DNA of 64,000 bases from IMG/VR virus record IMGVR_UViG_3300030390_001134, positions 167 through 64,166 of that record. The stretch is one strand, 5' to 3'. The notes beneath the pieces were generated by a model. It did no database searches. It worked only from the letters and a program-made list of their open reading frames with translations, and was not told where the DNA came from. Below are positions 55,114 to 64,000 of this stretch, piece after piece. Numbering within the stretch: position 1 is the first letter of the stretch; each line of letters starts with the position of its first letter. The position numbers and the translations under genes are program-made. The stretch is from a virus. Its lineage: Duplodnaviria > Caudoviricetes.

Positions 55114-56979
55114 TTATGTGACCTCACACGATCCACCTGAGCAAGCTAGCTCACCAGAAAGATCAGTGTTGTCGTCTAGCTCAGTAATATTAGATAAATC
55201 AATATTGTTTAGAGACTTAACCATTTCATCAAACTTAGCTTTAGTTATATCTTCAAACGGAGCCTGAGTATACGTACCGCCGTTGTAAGGTAGAACAGAC
55301 AAACCGTTATATGAATGCCTGTTTGTCCACATCCACTCTCCAGCTTTGTCCCATTCGTTTTCTTTTAAACTAACGGTAGCAGAAACATTGTGAGTGTTAG
55401 ACCCTGTTCTATGACCTGGTGCAACCCAGTCTGTAGAAACTTTCTTGACTCTTTCAAATAAATCAAATGCAGACTCGGTTCTTACAATGCAGCCTTTAGG
55501 AGCAGCTTGAGGTACGCTTATCACAGCTGTATCATGAGCTCTAAAAAATTCATCTTCAACAAGCTCAGGATGGTTCTTAGATAGGTAACTGTATATAGCC
55601 TCGTTCTTTCCTACGCGCAATCTACGGACATAGTATTTATTATGCCAAGCATGAATACCCGAAGATGTTCCTAGCACCAGAGATGTCGTCCCTGCAGGCT
55701 TAACACACGTTGTACGCGCGGCTTTGTTTATACCTATAAGCTTCGCAACCCTAACGTTTTCACGTTTAACAACGTTAGCAGCTTGAACCATATCTAGGTT
55801 CATAACTTTGTTAGAGCCTATACCTGTCATCGACACACCGATCAAAGCATCCTTCTCAGTTGTGTCTTTCCATATCTCGCGTAAGTAGTGAAAGTCCGTG
55901 TAGCCAGCCTGTAAAGTACCTATAAAAGCAGCTGTTTCAACTCTGATGTTTAAATCTTGCTGATCAACTATATCAGAAACATTAACCTCACACAGGTTAC
56001 AGAACTGATAAGCTCGTAAAGCTATTTCACAACAAGGGTTAGTGCCCCAGTCTTTATCGTTATTAAGGTATATACCTGGTTCACCAGCGCCTGATGCTTC
56101 AACACGTTTCCACAGGTCCATGAAAAACTCTTTAGTGACCTTGTGTCTCATAAGTACAGCTGAGTTGTTAGCTCTACCGCGTTGAGGGTTTAGTTCCCAC
56201 CAGTTACCAGATTTACATGAGATCATCTCTTCATCCGTAGCGCTAAATAGCGATATAAGCGCCGCGCGTCTAATCCCGCCAGCCAAAACAGCGTCAGCGA
56301 TATGACATACGATATCGTGCACCTCAATACTCTTAAGTTGCGATCCGTCTTCTTTAGCATCTAATATACCTTTTACTTTTACTAAACATTCTTTTAAAGG
56401 TTGTGGCCCAGGTGCTTTACCGCCTGATGTAACTAGTCTGGCTCCCTTAGGTCTTATGTCTGAGTAGTCAAACTTCAAACTCGAGCAACGTCTACCCCCA
56501 AGGTATGACTCAACTAAAACCTTAACTGCGTCAGCCCAACCTTCTATACTATCACCTATAACAAATCGCCTGTGTCTCTTGTCAAAGGGTCTAATGACAT
56601 GAGGTAATCTTCCAACGTGGTGTTGCTGGACAGAATAACCCACCCCACAGCCTGAAAGCAGTAAGAACATAGTCTCACTAAAGCTGTCAATGTGATCAAT
56701 GGGTAGATAACTGCAATTATACAAGCGGTTTGGAGAGATTTCAATAGGTTTACCGCTGAACTGGAGTGAACGCATTGATGGTAAAACCTTTTTATCATAT
56801 ACAAATTCATAGGCTTCATTTATTTCGCCCTCTAAGTCGGGATATTTCTTAATGTGCATCTCTTTATTCCTAGTGACAAGCTCGTGCCACGTCTCTCTTC
56901 TGTTAAGCTCAGGTATATACTTAGCATATTTCATATGCACTGTAATATCTGACAATATATCTCTACTTATTTGACTCAT
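55114..56979 (-). CDS. nrdJ: class II (adenosylcobalamin-dependent) ribonucleotide reductase
   Basis: PSMRSL, NCSY, GGIRRAA, TNPCCEI, CNLCE, VKPAGT, C-terminal ACSGGSCE; no small-subunit gene in the window. Confidence 0.85.
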   Translation of the reverse strand: MSQISRDILSDITVHMKYAKYIPELNRRETWHELVTRNKEMHIKKYPDLEGEINEAYEFVYDKKVLPSMRSLQFSGKPIEISPNRLYNCSYLPIDHIDSFSETMFLLLSGCGVGYSVQQHHVGRLPHVIRPFDKRHRRFVIGDSIEGWADAVKVLVESYLGGRRCSSLKFDYSDIRPKGARLVTSGGKAPGPQPLKECLVKVKGILDAKEDGSQLKSIEVHDIVCHIADAVLAGGIRRAALISLFSATDEEMISCKSGNWWELNPQRGRANNSAVLMRHKVTKEFFMDLWKRVEASGAGEPGIYLNNDKDWGTNPCCEIALRAYQFCNLCEVNVSDIVDQQDLNIRVETAAFIGTLQAGYTDFHYLREIWKDTTEKDALIGVSMTGIGSNKVMNLDMVQAANVVKRENVRVAKLIGINKAARTTCVKPAGTTSLVLGTSSGIHAWHNKYYVRRLRVGKNEAIYSYLSKNHPELVEDEFFRAHDTAVISVPQAAPKGCIVRTESAFDLFERVKKVSTDWVAPGHRTGSNTHNVSATVSLKENEWDKAGEWMWTNRHSYNGLSVLPYNGGTYTQAPFEDITKAKFDEMVKSLNNIDLSNITELDDNTDLSGELACSGGSCEVT

Positions 56980-57119
56980 TGATTATCTCTTAAAATTGTT
57001 AAACACATATCTACAAACGGTAAGTATAACACGTGGTTAACTCTATCGTCTTGTTCGTAAGATCTAAATCCTACTATTATGCCAGGGTACCACCCGAAGC
57101 TAATTTCCCATCCTTTCAT
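56976..57119 (-). CDS. small hypothetical protein (47 aa)
   Basis: MKGWEISFGWYPGIIVGFRSY...LYLPFVD; ATGA-coupled to nrdJ. Confidence 0.65.
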   Translation of the reverse strand: MKGWEISFGWYPGIIVGFRSYEQDDRVNHVLYLPFVDMCLTILRDNQ

Positions 57120-57585
57120 TTTTTCTTTTATTTAATATTAATTCAACTACCTTGTCACACTCCTTATGATTTTGGGGTTTATATAAAGTTACATGAGGTC
57201 TCTCAGAGTTAATGAGTTTTTTAAACATTTTCCATCTCATAGGAAAACTCTCGTTAGCTCTACCTTTTGTTTCTATTATAAAACCTTCCCCAAAGAAATC
57301 AGGGGTGTATTTTATAGGTAGTATTTTCTTTTGTCCTCGGTTTACCATGTCACCCTTGCCGTTGCCTTGTCTTTCGTAACACAACAGGTCACACATAAAA
57401 CCTTCTTGCAGTATAAAACTTTCGCTTTCATATGTTGCTTTGATCTTGGACTTTTTCATAGCTTGCCACATATATCGCTCAAGGCCAGAGGCGAAGGTGA
57501 TGCCATCGTACACCACCTTCTTTGACCTTACAGGCCCTCGTTTCCTACTTTTAGTTTTCTGAGTTGTTTTACGTCCCATGCTCAT
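57100..57585 (-). CDS. PD-(D/E)XK endonuclease (T7 endonuclease I / DUF1064-like resolvase)
   Basis: YDGITFASGLE, KYTPDF, IIETKG. Confidence 0.8.
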   Translation of the reverse strand: MSMGRKTTQKTKSRKRGPVRSKKVVYDGITFASGLERYMWQAMKKSKIKATYESESFILQEGFMCDLLCYERQGNGKGDMVNRGQKKILPIKYTPDFFGEGFIIETKGRANESFPMRWKMFKKLINSERPHVTLYKPQNHKECDKVVELILNKRKNERMGN

Positions 57586-57847
57586 CTAGTTCTTCGCGTG
57601 CGGCTTGAATATACAGTATTGCATCCATAAGCTCTTCTTGTATATCGTTAAGATAACCAGCTAAGTCCTTGTGCTTACCAGTACGTTCGCTGTGTAGCGT
57701 TCTGCCATATTTTTCAAAACCTAAATCAGATCTTTCTACAAACTTATCTACTACACGTTCTACAACGGGGTCGCGGAACTTGATGACTTTGCCGCCTGGG
57801 TGACATCGATCAGCTCTCTTTGCGTTCATTATTTCTCTATCGCTCAT
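57569..57847 (-). CDS. all-alpha NTP pyrophosphatase-like protein
   Basis: G.EKYG.TL...QEELMDAILY. Confidence 0.5.
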   Translation of the reverse strand: MSDREIMNAKRADRCHPGGKVIKFRDPVVERVVDKFVERSDLGFEKYGRTLHSERTGKHKDLAGYLNDIQEELMDAILYIQAAREELDEHGT

Positions 57848-58686
57848 AGTGTATCTTTTACAAATGTTCCGTTAACCATTTTACCTGTGCGTTTGCTTAT
57901 AACCCTATAAGCTTCATCAATGCAAAGTTCTATTGACACATTGCCAAGCTCAGCTAGATTCGTGAGCACTACAACCATATCACCTATAGCATCTACAAAC
58001 TCTACCTCGTCGTCTTTAAGAATAGCTCTACCAAGCTCTCCAGCTTCCTCCATAAGCTTCAAGTACTGAGTCTTCGTGTCGCCGCCCTTGTATAAGCCTC
58101 GCTCGTTAGCCCAAGCTCTAATTAGATCAAAACGATCTGGCTTTCTACGGCCGCTCATTCCTAAAGCACCAGAGTTTGTTAAAACTGGTTTAGCCTGACA
58201 TCTATAAGAAGCCTCGCGCTCTAGATTCTCAAAATACACAGCTAAAGCTTTGTTGTACACGTAGCATCTCTTAGCATTAAACTGCGAGGGGCTTACGTTG
58301 CTCATTATCCAATCTACCGAGTCTGGTGTTAAGCAAAAAGTGCCATTGTCAGTTAGCCAAATCATACCTAGCTCATCCATTAACCTACCCTTCAGTTTGT
58401 TAACTGGGCAAGGGAACGTTGTTGTTTGCTCCGTTACATTTATATCCATATTATTAAATTTAGTTATATTATTATTTTTTATATCTTCATATCTTTGGTA
58501 GTCTACCTTATAGCCATAGTGCTTTTGAAGCTCAAGCTCTCTAGTAGATATATAGCTAATGTCCTCAGACATCTCTAGTATTTCAAATTCATCCTCAGAG
58601 TACCCTTGTTGCCTTACAACTCTCTCTTGGACATCGTTAGCTACGCCGATTTTTTTGCCTGGTATGTGGTATATGCAGTAGGTCAT
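57844..58686 (-). CDS. MazG-like NTP pyrophosphohydrolase fused to an N-terminal GIY-YIG-like domain
   Basis: C-terminal KLMEEAGEL..DAIGDMVVVL..R.GKMVNGTFVK; N-terminal CIYHIPGKKIG..R..RELELQ. Confidence 0.7.
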   Translation of the reverse strand: MTYCIYHIPGKKIGVANDVQERVVRQQGYSEDEFEILEMSEDISYISTRELELQKHYGYKVDYQRYEDIKNNNITKFNNMDINVTEQTTTFPCPVNKLKGRLMDELGMIWLTDNGTFCLTPDSVDWIMSNVSPSQFNAKRCYVYNKALAVYFENLEREASYRCQAKPVLTNSGALGMSGRRKPDRFDLIRAWANERGLYKGGDTKTQYLKLMEEAGELGRAILKDDEVEFVDAIGDMVVVLTNLAELGNVSIELCIDEAYRVISKRTGKMVNGTFVKDTL

Positions 58687-59036
58687 TGCTTTTTTCTTTT
58701 TCGGGCATTACTTATTTCTATATTCATACCATACCCTAGCGGAGAAAAGTATACGTTATCTTTGCTTTCAAACGTGTCGTGGTTGTGGTCGCCGTCGTCA
58801 TAAAACGTAGTTACATCTCTAAACCTTCTCTTCTTGTCCCAAAAGTGCAGGCACATTACTTCGCCAGAGTCAACTCTAAGAGTTGTAACATCAGCCAGTG
58901 GCTCTCTATCTATAACCTCGCTGGTATCAAAGTCAAAGTTAATAATTTCATCAAGGGTTATCATGACACACAGCGTGTCTTGCGCGCTTATCGTAGCGCA
59001 AACGAGCATAAATGCTATTGTTGTTATATGTTTCAT
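58683..59036 (-). CDS. secreted hypothetical protein
   Basis: Signal peptide MKHITTIAFMLVCATISA|Q. Confidence 0.65.
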   Translation of the reverse strand: MKHITTIAFMLVCATISAQDTLCVMITLDEIINFDFDTSEVIDREPLADVTTLRVDSGEVMCLHFWDKKRRFRDVTTFYDDGDHNHDTFESKDNVYFSPLGYGMNIEISNARKRKKQ

Positions 59037-59680
59037 AGTTTGTTATTATATAAGTGTAAATTATGGGCAAAGTGATAGTATTCACCTACCTCCTTATCGA
59101 TCCTCATAGCCACATATCTTTGTAGTTCTGAGAAACAGTATTGATCGTTACAGAAACCATACCAGAGATCGTTCGATCTCATAACCACAGACATATTAAG
59201 CTTGTTGTTTAGTATTGTAAACTGAACGGCGTAAGTGCACGGTGTATCATTTTGATAGTACCCGTCGTTTATTTCTTTAGCATCATATATGCTAATAGCC
59301 GCTTGTCGCGTTTCAGGGTTTGATTTAAGCATAGCTATAATATTGTCTAGCTGATGATTTCTTTGCCACTGCCAACCATAGTTAGAGTTAACGTTACCGT
59401 CTTCATCTGCCATACGTTTCCATATAGGAGGTATTTTACCGTATATTTCTCCTAGCTTACTTATGTTACGGTCGCCTGATAAATACCATTGCCATTCGGC
59501 TTCGGCATACTTTAGGTTCCATTTCCTTTCTTCGTTTTGAATACGGTTCGCAAGCGGGTCAATAATGGTGAAACCGACATTAAATAAAGCCCGTGTTCCA
59601 GCAAAATCAATACCGACACTACGAATCTCGTTAAGAAAATAATTATATGCTTCATCTGCTGTTAAAAATTTAGTTCTCAT
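59033..59680 (-). CDS. thymidylate-synthase-superfamily enzyme, dCMP hydroxymethylase-like
   Basis: VNSNYGW, DTPCT (catalytic Cys), MRSNDLWYGFCND, HNLHLY. Confidence 0.75.
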   Translation of the reverse strand: MRTKFLTADEAYNYFLNEIRSVGIDFAGTRALFNVGFTIIDPLANRIQNEERKWNLKYAEAEWQWYLSGDRNISKLGEIYGKIPPIWKRMADEDGNVNSNYGWQWQRNHQLDNIIAMLKSNPETRQAAISIYDAKEINDGYYQNDTPCTYAVQFTILNNKLNMSVVMRSNDLWYGFCNDQYCFSELQRYVAMRIDKEVGEYYHFAHNLHLYNNKL

Positions 59681-59954
59681 TGTATTTATCGTAATAGTAT
59701 TTATAATAGTCGTACATCTTTCTTAAAGCTTCTTCGTCGGTGTAATCAGCTGGGTCAGTTGAAACTTTACCTTTAATCTTGATCTCCAGCATCCAACTGT
59801 TACTGCTTCTACCCCAATCAGGGCAAACTGCTATAGATATACCATTGTCCATACACCAACCAACGTGCTTGATGTTTTCTGGCATATAAGATAGCTTGCC
59901 TGGTGACCTGCCATACTTAGGTCGCTTTTTTAGAGGGAAGAATACTAATCCCAT
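59670..59954 (-). CDS. hypothetical protein
   Basis: 94-aa ORF overlapping both neighbours. Confidence 0.65.
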   Translation of the reverse strand: MGLVFFPLKKRPKYGRSPGKLSYMPENIKHVGWCMDNGISIAVCPDWGRSSNSWMLEIKIKGKVSTDPADYTDEEALRKMYDYYKYYYDKYNEN

Positions 59955-61678
59955 GGCATAGGTTCGTTTTCAGCGTTTTCAGTTACCTCAGGTATAAAAC
60001 AACCTGATCGCGGTTCCCATTTGAAATGAGCTTCAGCACCGTTTTCACCTAGGTTCTGGAACTTAACTTTAAGAACCTTAGCCTTAACTGTTTTAGCTTC
60101 GTAGTCGCGGTGTACAAGCAGACCGTGATAGCTAGCATCGTACCATTCACCACCACCTTTAATGTTGTACATTGTAGGTTCTTCGATCTTTCCATCTTGA
60201 CCTTTGTACATCTTAGTAGGGTGAGCTACGATAAACACTAACACGTCGTACTTTTTAGCAAAGATCTCTATCTTTGTTAAGTACTCCATCGTGTAACGAT
60301 TAACATCCTCTGTCTTGCAGTCGACGTCTCGAACCTTATTAAAAGGATCGATCACAAGGCACTTAATACCTTTGCGTTTTACAAGCTCAGCCCCCTTACG
60401 TAGTACAGACTCAAGAGTATATCTGTCCATATCAATAAAGAAGTAGTTATCATTAACGTGATCAGCTACGCTGTTCCATTTGTTTCCACCAATGTCGGCA
60501 GGAAGAGGCATGTCTTGCCACGTCTTGCGCATTAGTTTGTGAGCGTGGAGATACGTTGGCTGATTCTCTGGTGACGCGAATGCAGTCTTCCACCCATAGT
60601 TGTTATTGTAGCCAACCACCATCTGGTCCACAAAATCCGATTTTCCAGAAGATGGAATACCAGTAACAGTAATAAACTGACCGGTGTAAGTACTAAAAAT
60701 TTTATCAAAGTTAGGCAGACCAACTTGAAAGCCTGGCTTGAATCCGTTGTTAACAAAGTCTTTAAGTTCATCTTCTATATCGTATAATGTTGAAACACCT
60801 TCTAGTGGAACCTGAGAGCTACGATCTATAACATCACGTAGTTGCTTTTTTCCATACTTTAATAAATAATCATTAGCGTCTTTACAATCCTCGAAATCAA
60901 CTAGGTAGCAGACTTCAGCTCCCAGACGACGGATAAACTCATGCTTAAGAGCTTGGCCAGCTTCGTCGGTATCTACAGCTAAGATAATCTTAGTCTTGTC
61001 TTCTAGATAGTCAATGCAATTATCTAAGTAATCGAGGTTGTTTGAATTTAATGTAGCTCCATTAGGTACAGAGATAACATTCTTTATTCCCGCTTCGTGC
61101 ATTGCAAGCACGTCCATTTCCCCTTCAGTTATAATACAGGTATCGTAACCAACGATAGAGTTTATATTGTAAAAGACTTTTTCTGCTCCCTTGTATAGCT
61201 TAAAGTTCTTTCTACCGTCTCTATATTTAACATTGATCAACTGATCACCCATATAGTAATTAAACTGAATGGTATTCTCGTTCTTACCTGTCTGAGGCAT
61301 CCACTCAGAGCCCTCTGTGACGTTTAAGTCTAGTAGAGTCTGAGGTGATACACCTCTTGTTTCAAACCACTGAACAACTTTCTTGTTCATTTTAACCACG
61401 TCCATAGGGTTATCCTCTGGTCGGCTTATAGCTGGAGGTCTTACGTAGACTTTTTCGCTATTACCTTTACGTTGGTATGTGTGCATTTGAAAACTCGTAT
61501 CACAGTTGTGACAGGTACCAAGACCACGTTCCCAATCATACGACGCGCATCCCGCCTTTTGATTTTTAGGTTGCCTAGAAGACGAACACAGGGGACAAAT
61601 CCCCTGCGCTGCGCCTTCTTTTAGGCTGTGTTGATTGAACTTGTCAATCAAAAATCCATTGATCTCTTCAGTACTCAT
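59945..61678 (-). CDS. DNA primase-helicase (T7 gp4/Twinkle-like)
   Basis: Zn finger CPLC..CHNC; TOPRIM EGEMD, SVPNGA, DTDEAG, KDAND; helicase TGIPSSGKS, LVIDP, VAHP. Confidence 0.92.
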   Translation of the reverse strand: MSTEEINGFLIDKFNQHSLKEGAAQGICPLCSSSRQPKNQKAGCASYDWERGLGTCHNCDTSFQMHTYQRKGNSEKVYVRPPAISRPEDNPMDVVKMNKKVVQWFETRGVSPQTLLDLNVTEGSEWMPQTGKNENTIQFNYYMGDQLINVKYRDGRKNFKLYKGAEKVFYNINSIVGYDTCIITEGEMDVLAMHEAGIKNVISVPNGATLNSNNLDYLDNCIDYLEDKTKIILAVDTDEAGQALKHEFIRRLGAEVCYLVDFEDCKDANDYLLKYGKKQLRDVIDRSSQVPLEGVSTLYDIEDELKDFVNNGFKPGFQVGLPNFDKIFSTYTGQFITVTGIPSSGKSDFVDQMVVGYNNNYGWKTAFASPENQPTYLHAHKLMRKTWQDMPLPADIGGNKWNSVADHVNDNYFFIDMDRYTLESVLRKGAELVKRKGIKCLVIDPFNKVRDVDCKTEDVNRYTMEYLTKIEIFAKKYDVLVFIVAHPTKMYKGQDGKIEEPTMYNIKGGGEWYDASYHGLLVHRDYEAKTVKAKVLKVKFQNLGENGAEAHFKWEPRSGCFIPEVTENAENEPMPWD

Positions 61679-61999
61679 CTAGAACGGCAAATCTACTTCA
61701 GCGTCAGCAACTGGTGCTTGCCTAGGAGGTGGTGGGGCTCCAGCCCCGTCGCGAGGTGCAGCATCAACATTTTCGCCGTTTGTCCATACAACCTTAACGT
61801 TACCTAAGTAAGTCTTAGCTTCCTTAGCATCTCGTTCTTCTTTACTTTGATCAACGCAAATAGGGCCTTGGTTACCAAACTGATCTAGATCATCGTTTAC
61901 AGTGATCGTGATAGGTAAATACTTACCCTTCTTACCAGTTATGATCTTATCCTTGGGCACGTTGCTTAGGTTGATACTTGCTTTTATAATACTTGCCAT
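61679..61999 (-). CDS. probable single-stranded DNA-binding protein
   Basis: GKKGKYL, DQFGN, YLGN; acidic tail ending DLPF. Confidence 0.65.
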   Translation of the reverse strand: MASIIKASINLSNVPKDKIITGKKGKYLPITITVNDDLDQFGNQGPICVDQSKEERDAKEAKTYLGNVKVVWTNGENVDAAPRDGAGAPPPPRQAPVADAEVDLPF

Positions 62000-62169
62000 T
62001 ACTTAATTGTAGCTAATTTGTTAAACATATTTCTCATCTGGTCTTTTGTGGCGCCAGATACTCGCCTTAGGTTGTCTACTACTTTTAAATGCGATTGCTT
62101 TGAATAAAAGTTATTAGTACTTGTAGTTACGCCTGTTACATCGCAGGTCTTTTTCATTGTTCTTCCCAT
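61999..62169 (-). CDS. small hypothetical protein (56 aa)
   Basis: MGRTMKKTCDVTG..NFY..DNLRR; TAATG-coupled to the SSB gene. Confidence 0.6.
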   Translation of the reverse strand: MGRTMKKTCDVTGVTTSTNNFYSKQSHLKVVDNLRRVSGATKDQMRNMFNKLATIK

Positions 62170-62179
62170 GGTTTTAGGT

Positions 62180-62917
62180 TTATAGGGTTGTTGTTGTTAA
62201 GTGTTGCTTGTGATCGAAATTCTCATCCTTGTAGAATAAGTCGTACAGCTCACTAGCTTTCTGTACTTTTTCCTTGCCTGACTTATAGAAGTTAGGTGAA
62301 CAGTCAAACAGACCGATCTGATGGGTGTTTTTATCGATAGCTATAAATAGCATATCGTAACCAAACAGGTGTCTGTAAATATAGGCTTGGCTGTCATAGT
62401 TGAACTTTGACGCAGACCAGCGAAATTTATCTATATCGCCTGTAGTCTTTAAATCAATAACGAGTTTTTCATCGTGATTAACTATGTCAGCCTTACCTTT
62501 CCACATGTTGTCATATAACCTGACAAGACCTGGTTCCTCGTATTGGACATTACCCAAAGCTGGTTGGATAAGGTCCCTGCATATATCATTTGCCATCATC
62601 TTGTCTACCATTTTTTCGATCATATCAACTTCGTGTTGCAACAAGCAAACCTCTCCACCAGATATCTCTTTATACTTTTTAGTGTTGCGAGTGGTTGCTT
62701 CTATGATTTTAAATGACTTAAGTTTGTCAGGTTCTAATATAGCTGTGTGAAAATATCCTCCGACCTTGAAGTTTGTGTTATCTGGTGTCTTGTCAAATAA
62801 CGCCATAGGATTCTTAAGTAACTTACTTATGTGTGAGTTGCTTAAAAACTGGTTACCAAAATCACCGTAGTAATCTTCGTCAACTCTTAGTCGTTCTATT
62901 ATCTCTTGTTTATTCAT
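62180..62917 (-). CDS. RecE/exonuclease VIII-like PD-(D/E)XK nuclease
   Basis: LSNSHI, G..FHTAILEP, KGKAD, IDLKTT, Y..QAYIY. Confidence 0.8.
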   Translation of the reverse strand: MNKQEIIERLRVDEDYYGDFGNQFLSNSHISKLLKNPMALFDKTPDNTNFKVGGYFHTAILEPDKLKSFKIIEATTRNTKKYKEISGGEVCLLQHEVDMIEKMVDKMMANDICRDLIQPALGNVQYEEPGLVRLYDNMWKGKADIVNHDEKLVIDLKTTGDIDKFRWSASKFNYDSQAYIYRHLFGYDMLFIAIDKNTHQIGLFDCSPNFYKSGKEKVQKASELYDLFYKDENFDHKQHLTTTTL

Positions 62918-63479
62918 GACCTTCTAATGCTTCTTCTTGTGCCTTAGTAAGGGCATACTTTGTTTTAATCGCTGCGAGTTTTCCTCCATTTTGTAAGTAT
63001 TTTTTTGCGTGTTCAAATTGATCCGCGTTAATTTTTGGCTTCTTAGGCATTGAAGCTTTTAGATTATCTAGCACTGTTGATTGTTTCCCGTGCTTATTAG
63101 ATGCGTCTGCGTCTTCAGTATCGTCTATTAGTAATAGATTACCTAACGCGTACTTTTTTCCGTAAGTACTTGCGGCACCGAACTGTTGAGATGTCTGCAT
63201 GCCTTTTTGATTCAGGTCGACACCTACAATAGCTGTTGCGGAGATTAGATCTTCTCCATCCGTGAAAATTGCTGTGGTTTCGAGCATTGGTACAGGTTGT
63301 AGTTCCACTATCCTCTCTTGAATAGTTACTGTTACATCGAGCTCGATGAGAAACGGTTTTATCGCTTCTAGTATATCTTCGCTTTTGCGAAAATAATATT
63401 TGCCAAACGAGTTGTAGCTAGACTTTTTAGCTTTTAGCTTAGTCTGGACTTGGGCTAATTTATTGTTTAATTCCTTCAT
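62910..63479 (-). CDS. ERF-family single-strand annealing protein
   Basis: Q.FGAASTYGKKYALGNLLLI..EDAD. Confidence 0.85.
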   Translation of the reverse strand: MKELNNKLAQVQTKLKAKKSSYNSFGKYYFRKSEDILEAIKPFLIELDVTVTIQERIVELQPVPMLETTAIFTDGEDLISATAIVGVDLNQKGMQTSQQFGAASTYGKKYALGNLLLIDDTEDADASNKHGKQSTVLDNLKASMPKKPKINADQFEHAKKYLQNGGKLAAIKTKYALTKAQEEALEGHE

Positions 63480-63500
63480 ATGGTATGTGGTTTGTATATA

Positions 63501-63529
63501 TATAATTACACGTTTTTATTGTTATTTAC
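63501..63529 (-). promoter_or_regulatory. class L promoter-like motif driving the replication operon
   Basis: Minus strand GTAAATA-ACAATAAAAACG-TGTAATTATA. Confidence 0.7.
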
Positions 63530-63538
63530 ACGAGTAAA

Positions 63539-64000
63539 CTACAGGAAGTCAATCACTTGCGAGTAATCTACAGTGTTTATTAACTTATCTATAGCTTGGC
63601 GTTTTAGCTGCGAAACACGCACGTAAGCGCTGTCTCCTCTGATGTTTAATTTGTTAGCTATTTCTTTAGCTGACATCTTATCACAGTGTAACCCATAGCT
63701 AAGTATTATAACCTCGGCCTCTCTATCTGTTAGATGCACGTGTAGCAGGCTCAGAAGATAAGCCGTTAAGAGATCTGGGTTGTAGTTTTTAACGTCGTCA
63801 GGTACATCATACGTGGTAGACGTGTCATCTATTAAGGCATCAAGGCTAGTGAACACTGAGTTGAAAAACATTTCAATAGCTTGTCTATCTTCTCCGTTGT
63901 CTTTACGTATCTCATTAATCTTATGTTCTGGTATACGCATAGTACCTCTGTTTATGTCTATTGCTCTACGTATACCACCTTTAATTCTCTTAGATAAGAA
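63539..64000 (-). CDS. sigma-70 family RNA polymerase sigma factor (5' end outside the window)
   Basis: Frame open to the window edge: RIKGGIRRAIDINRGTMRIP (region 2.4/3.0); LTDREAEVIILSYGL..MSAKEIA..RVSQLKRQAIDKL (region 4). Confidence 0.88.
   Translation of the reverse strand, partial: FLSKRIKGGIRRAIDINRGTMRIPEHKINEIRKDNGEDRQAIEMFFNSVFTSLDALIDDTSTTYDVPDDVKNYNPDLLTAYLLSLLHVHLTDREAEVIILSYGLHCDKMSAKEIANKLNIRGDSAYVRVSQLKRQAIDKLINTVDYSQVIDFL

Noticed and set aside
1-64000. Stop-codon reassignment, integrase/lysogeny module, DGR, introns or inteins
   Set aside because: Long genes are intact in the standard code and of expected size; no integrase, repressor, reverse transcriptase or intein motifs were recognised in the window

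Overview
This window is most of the genome of a lytic, podovirus-type tailed phage that very probably infects a marine Bacteroidota (Flavobacteriales-like) host. Host evidence: T9SS sorting domains, Gln after nearly every predicted signal-peptide cleavage site, and AT-rich leaders without Shine-Dalgarno sites. There are three blocks. (1) 1-4.5 kb, minus strand: small early genes driven by six copies of a conserved promoter-like motif, plus a tRNA-like element. (2) 4.7-55 kb, plus strand: morphogenesis genes (GroEL and two GroES-like genes, terminase, portal, scaffold, major capsid, tail and ejection proteins, a 3069-aa polyvalent virion protein, tail fibre and spike, holin, endolysin) plus a set of secreted and outer-membrane proteins. 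(3) 55.1-64 kb, minus strand: class II RNR, nucleases, MazG, a dCMP-hydroxymethylase-like enzyme, primase-helicase, SSB, RecE/ERF and a truncated sigma factor. The most notable candidates are: a giant injected polyprotein (zincin, sigma-region-2-like, HAD, CCCH fingers, separated by recurring [IL]K-x-S motifs) matched to two phage promoter classes sharing a TAAATA-N14-TAAT core; phage-encoded type A and type B T9SS cargo with an outer-membrane barrel; and a family of proteins tagged MAFK(M)KG. All product calls come from motif recognition by eye. No database searches were run.
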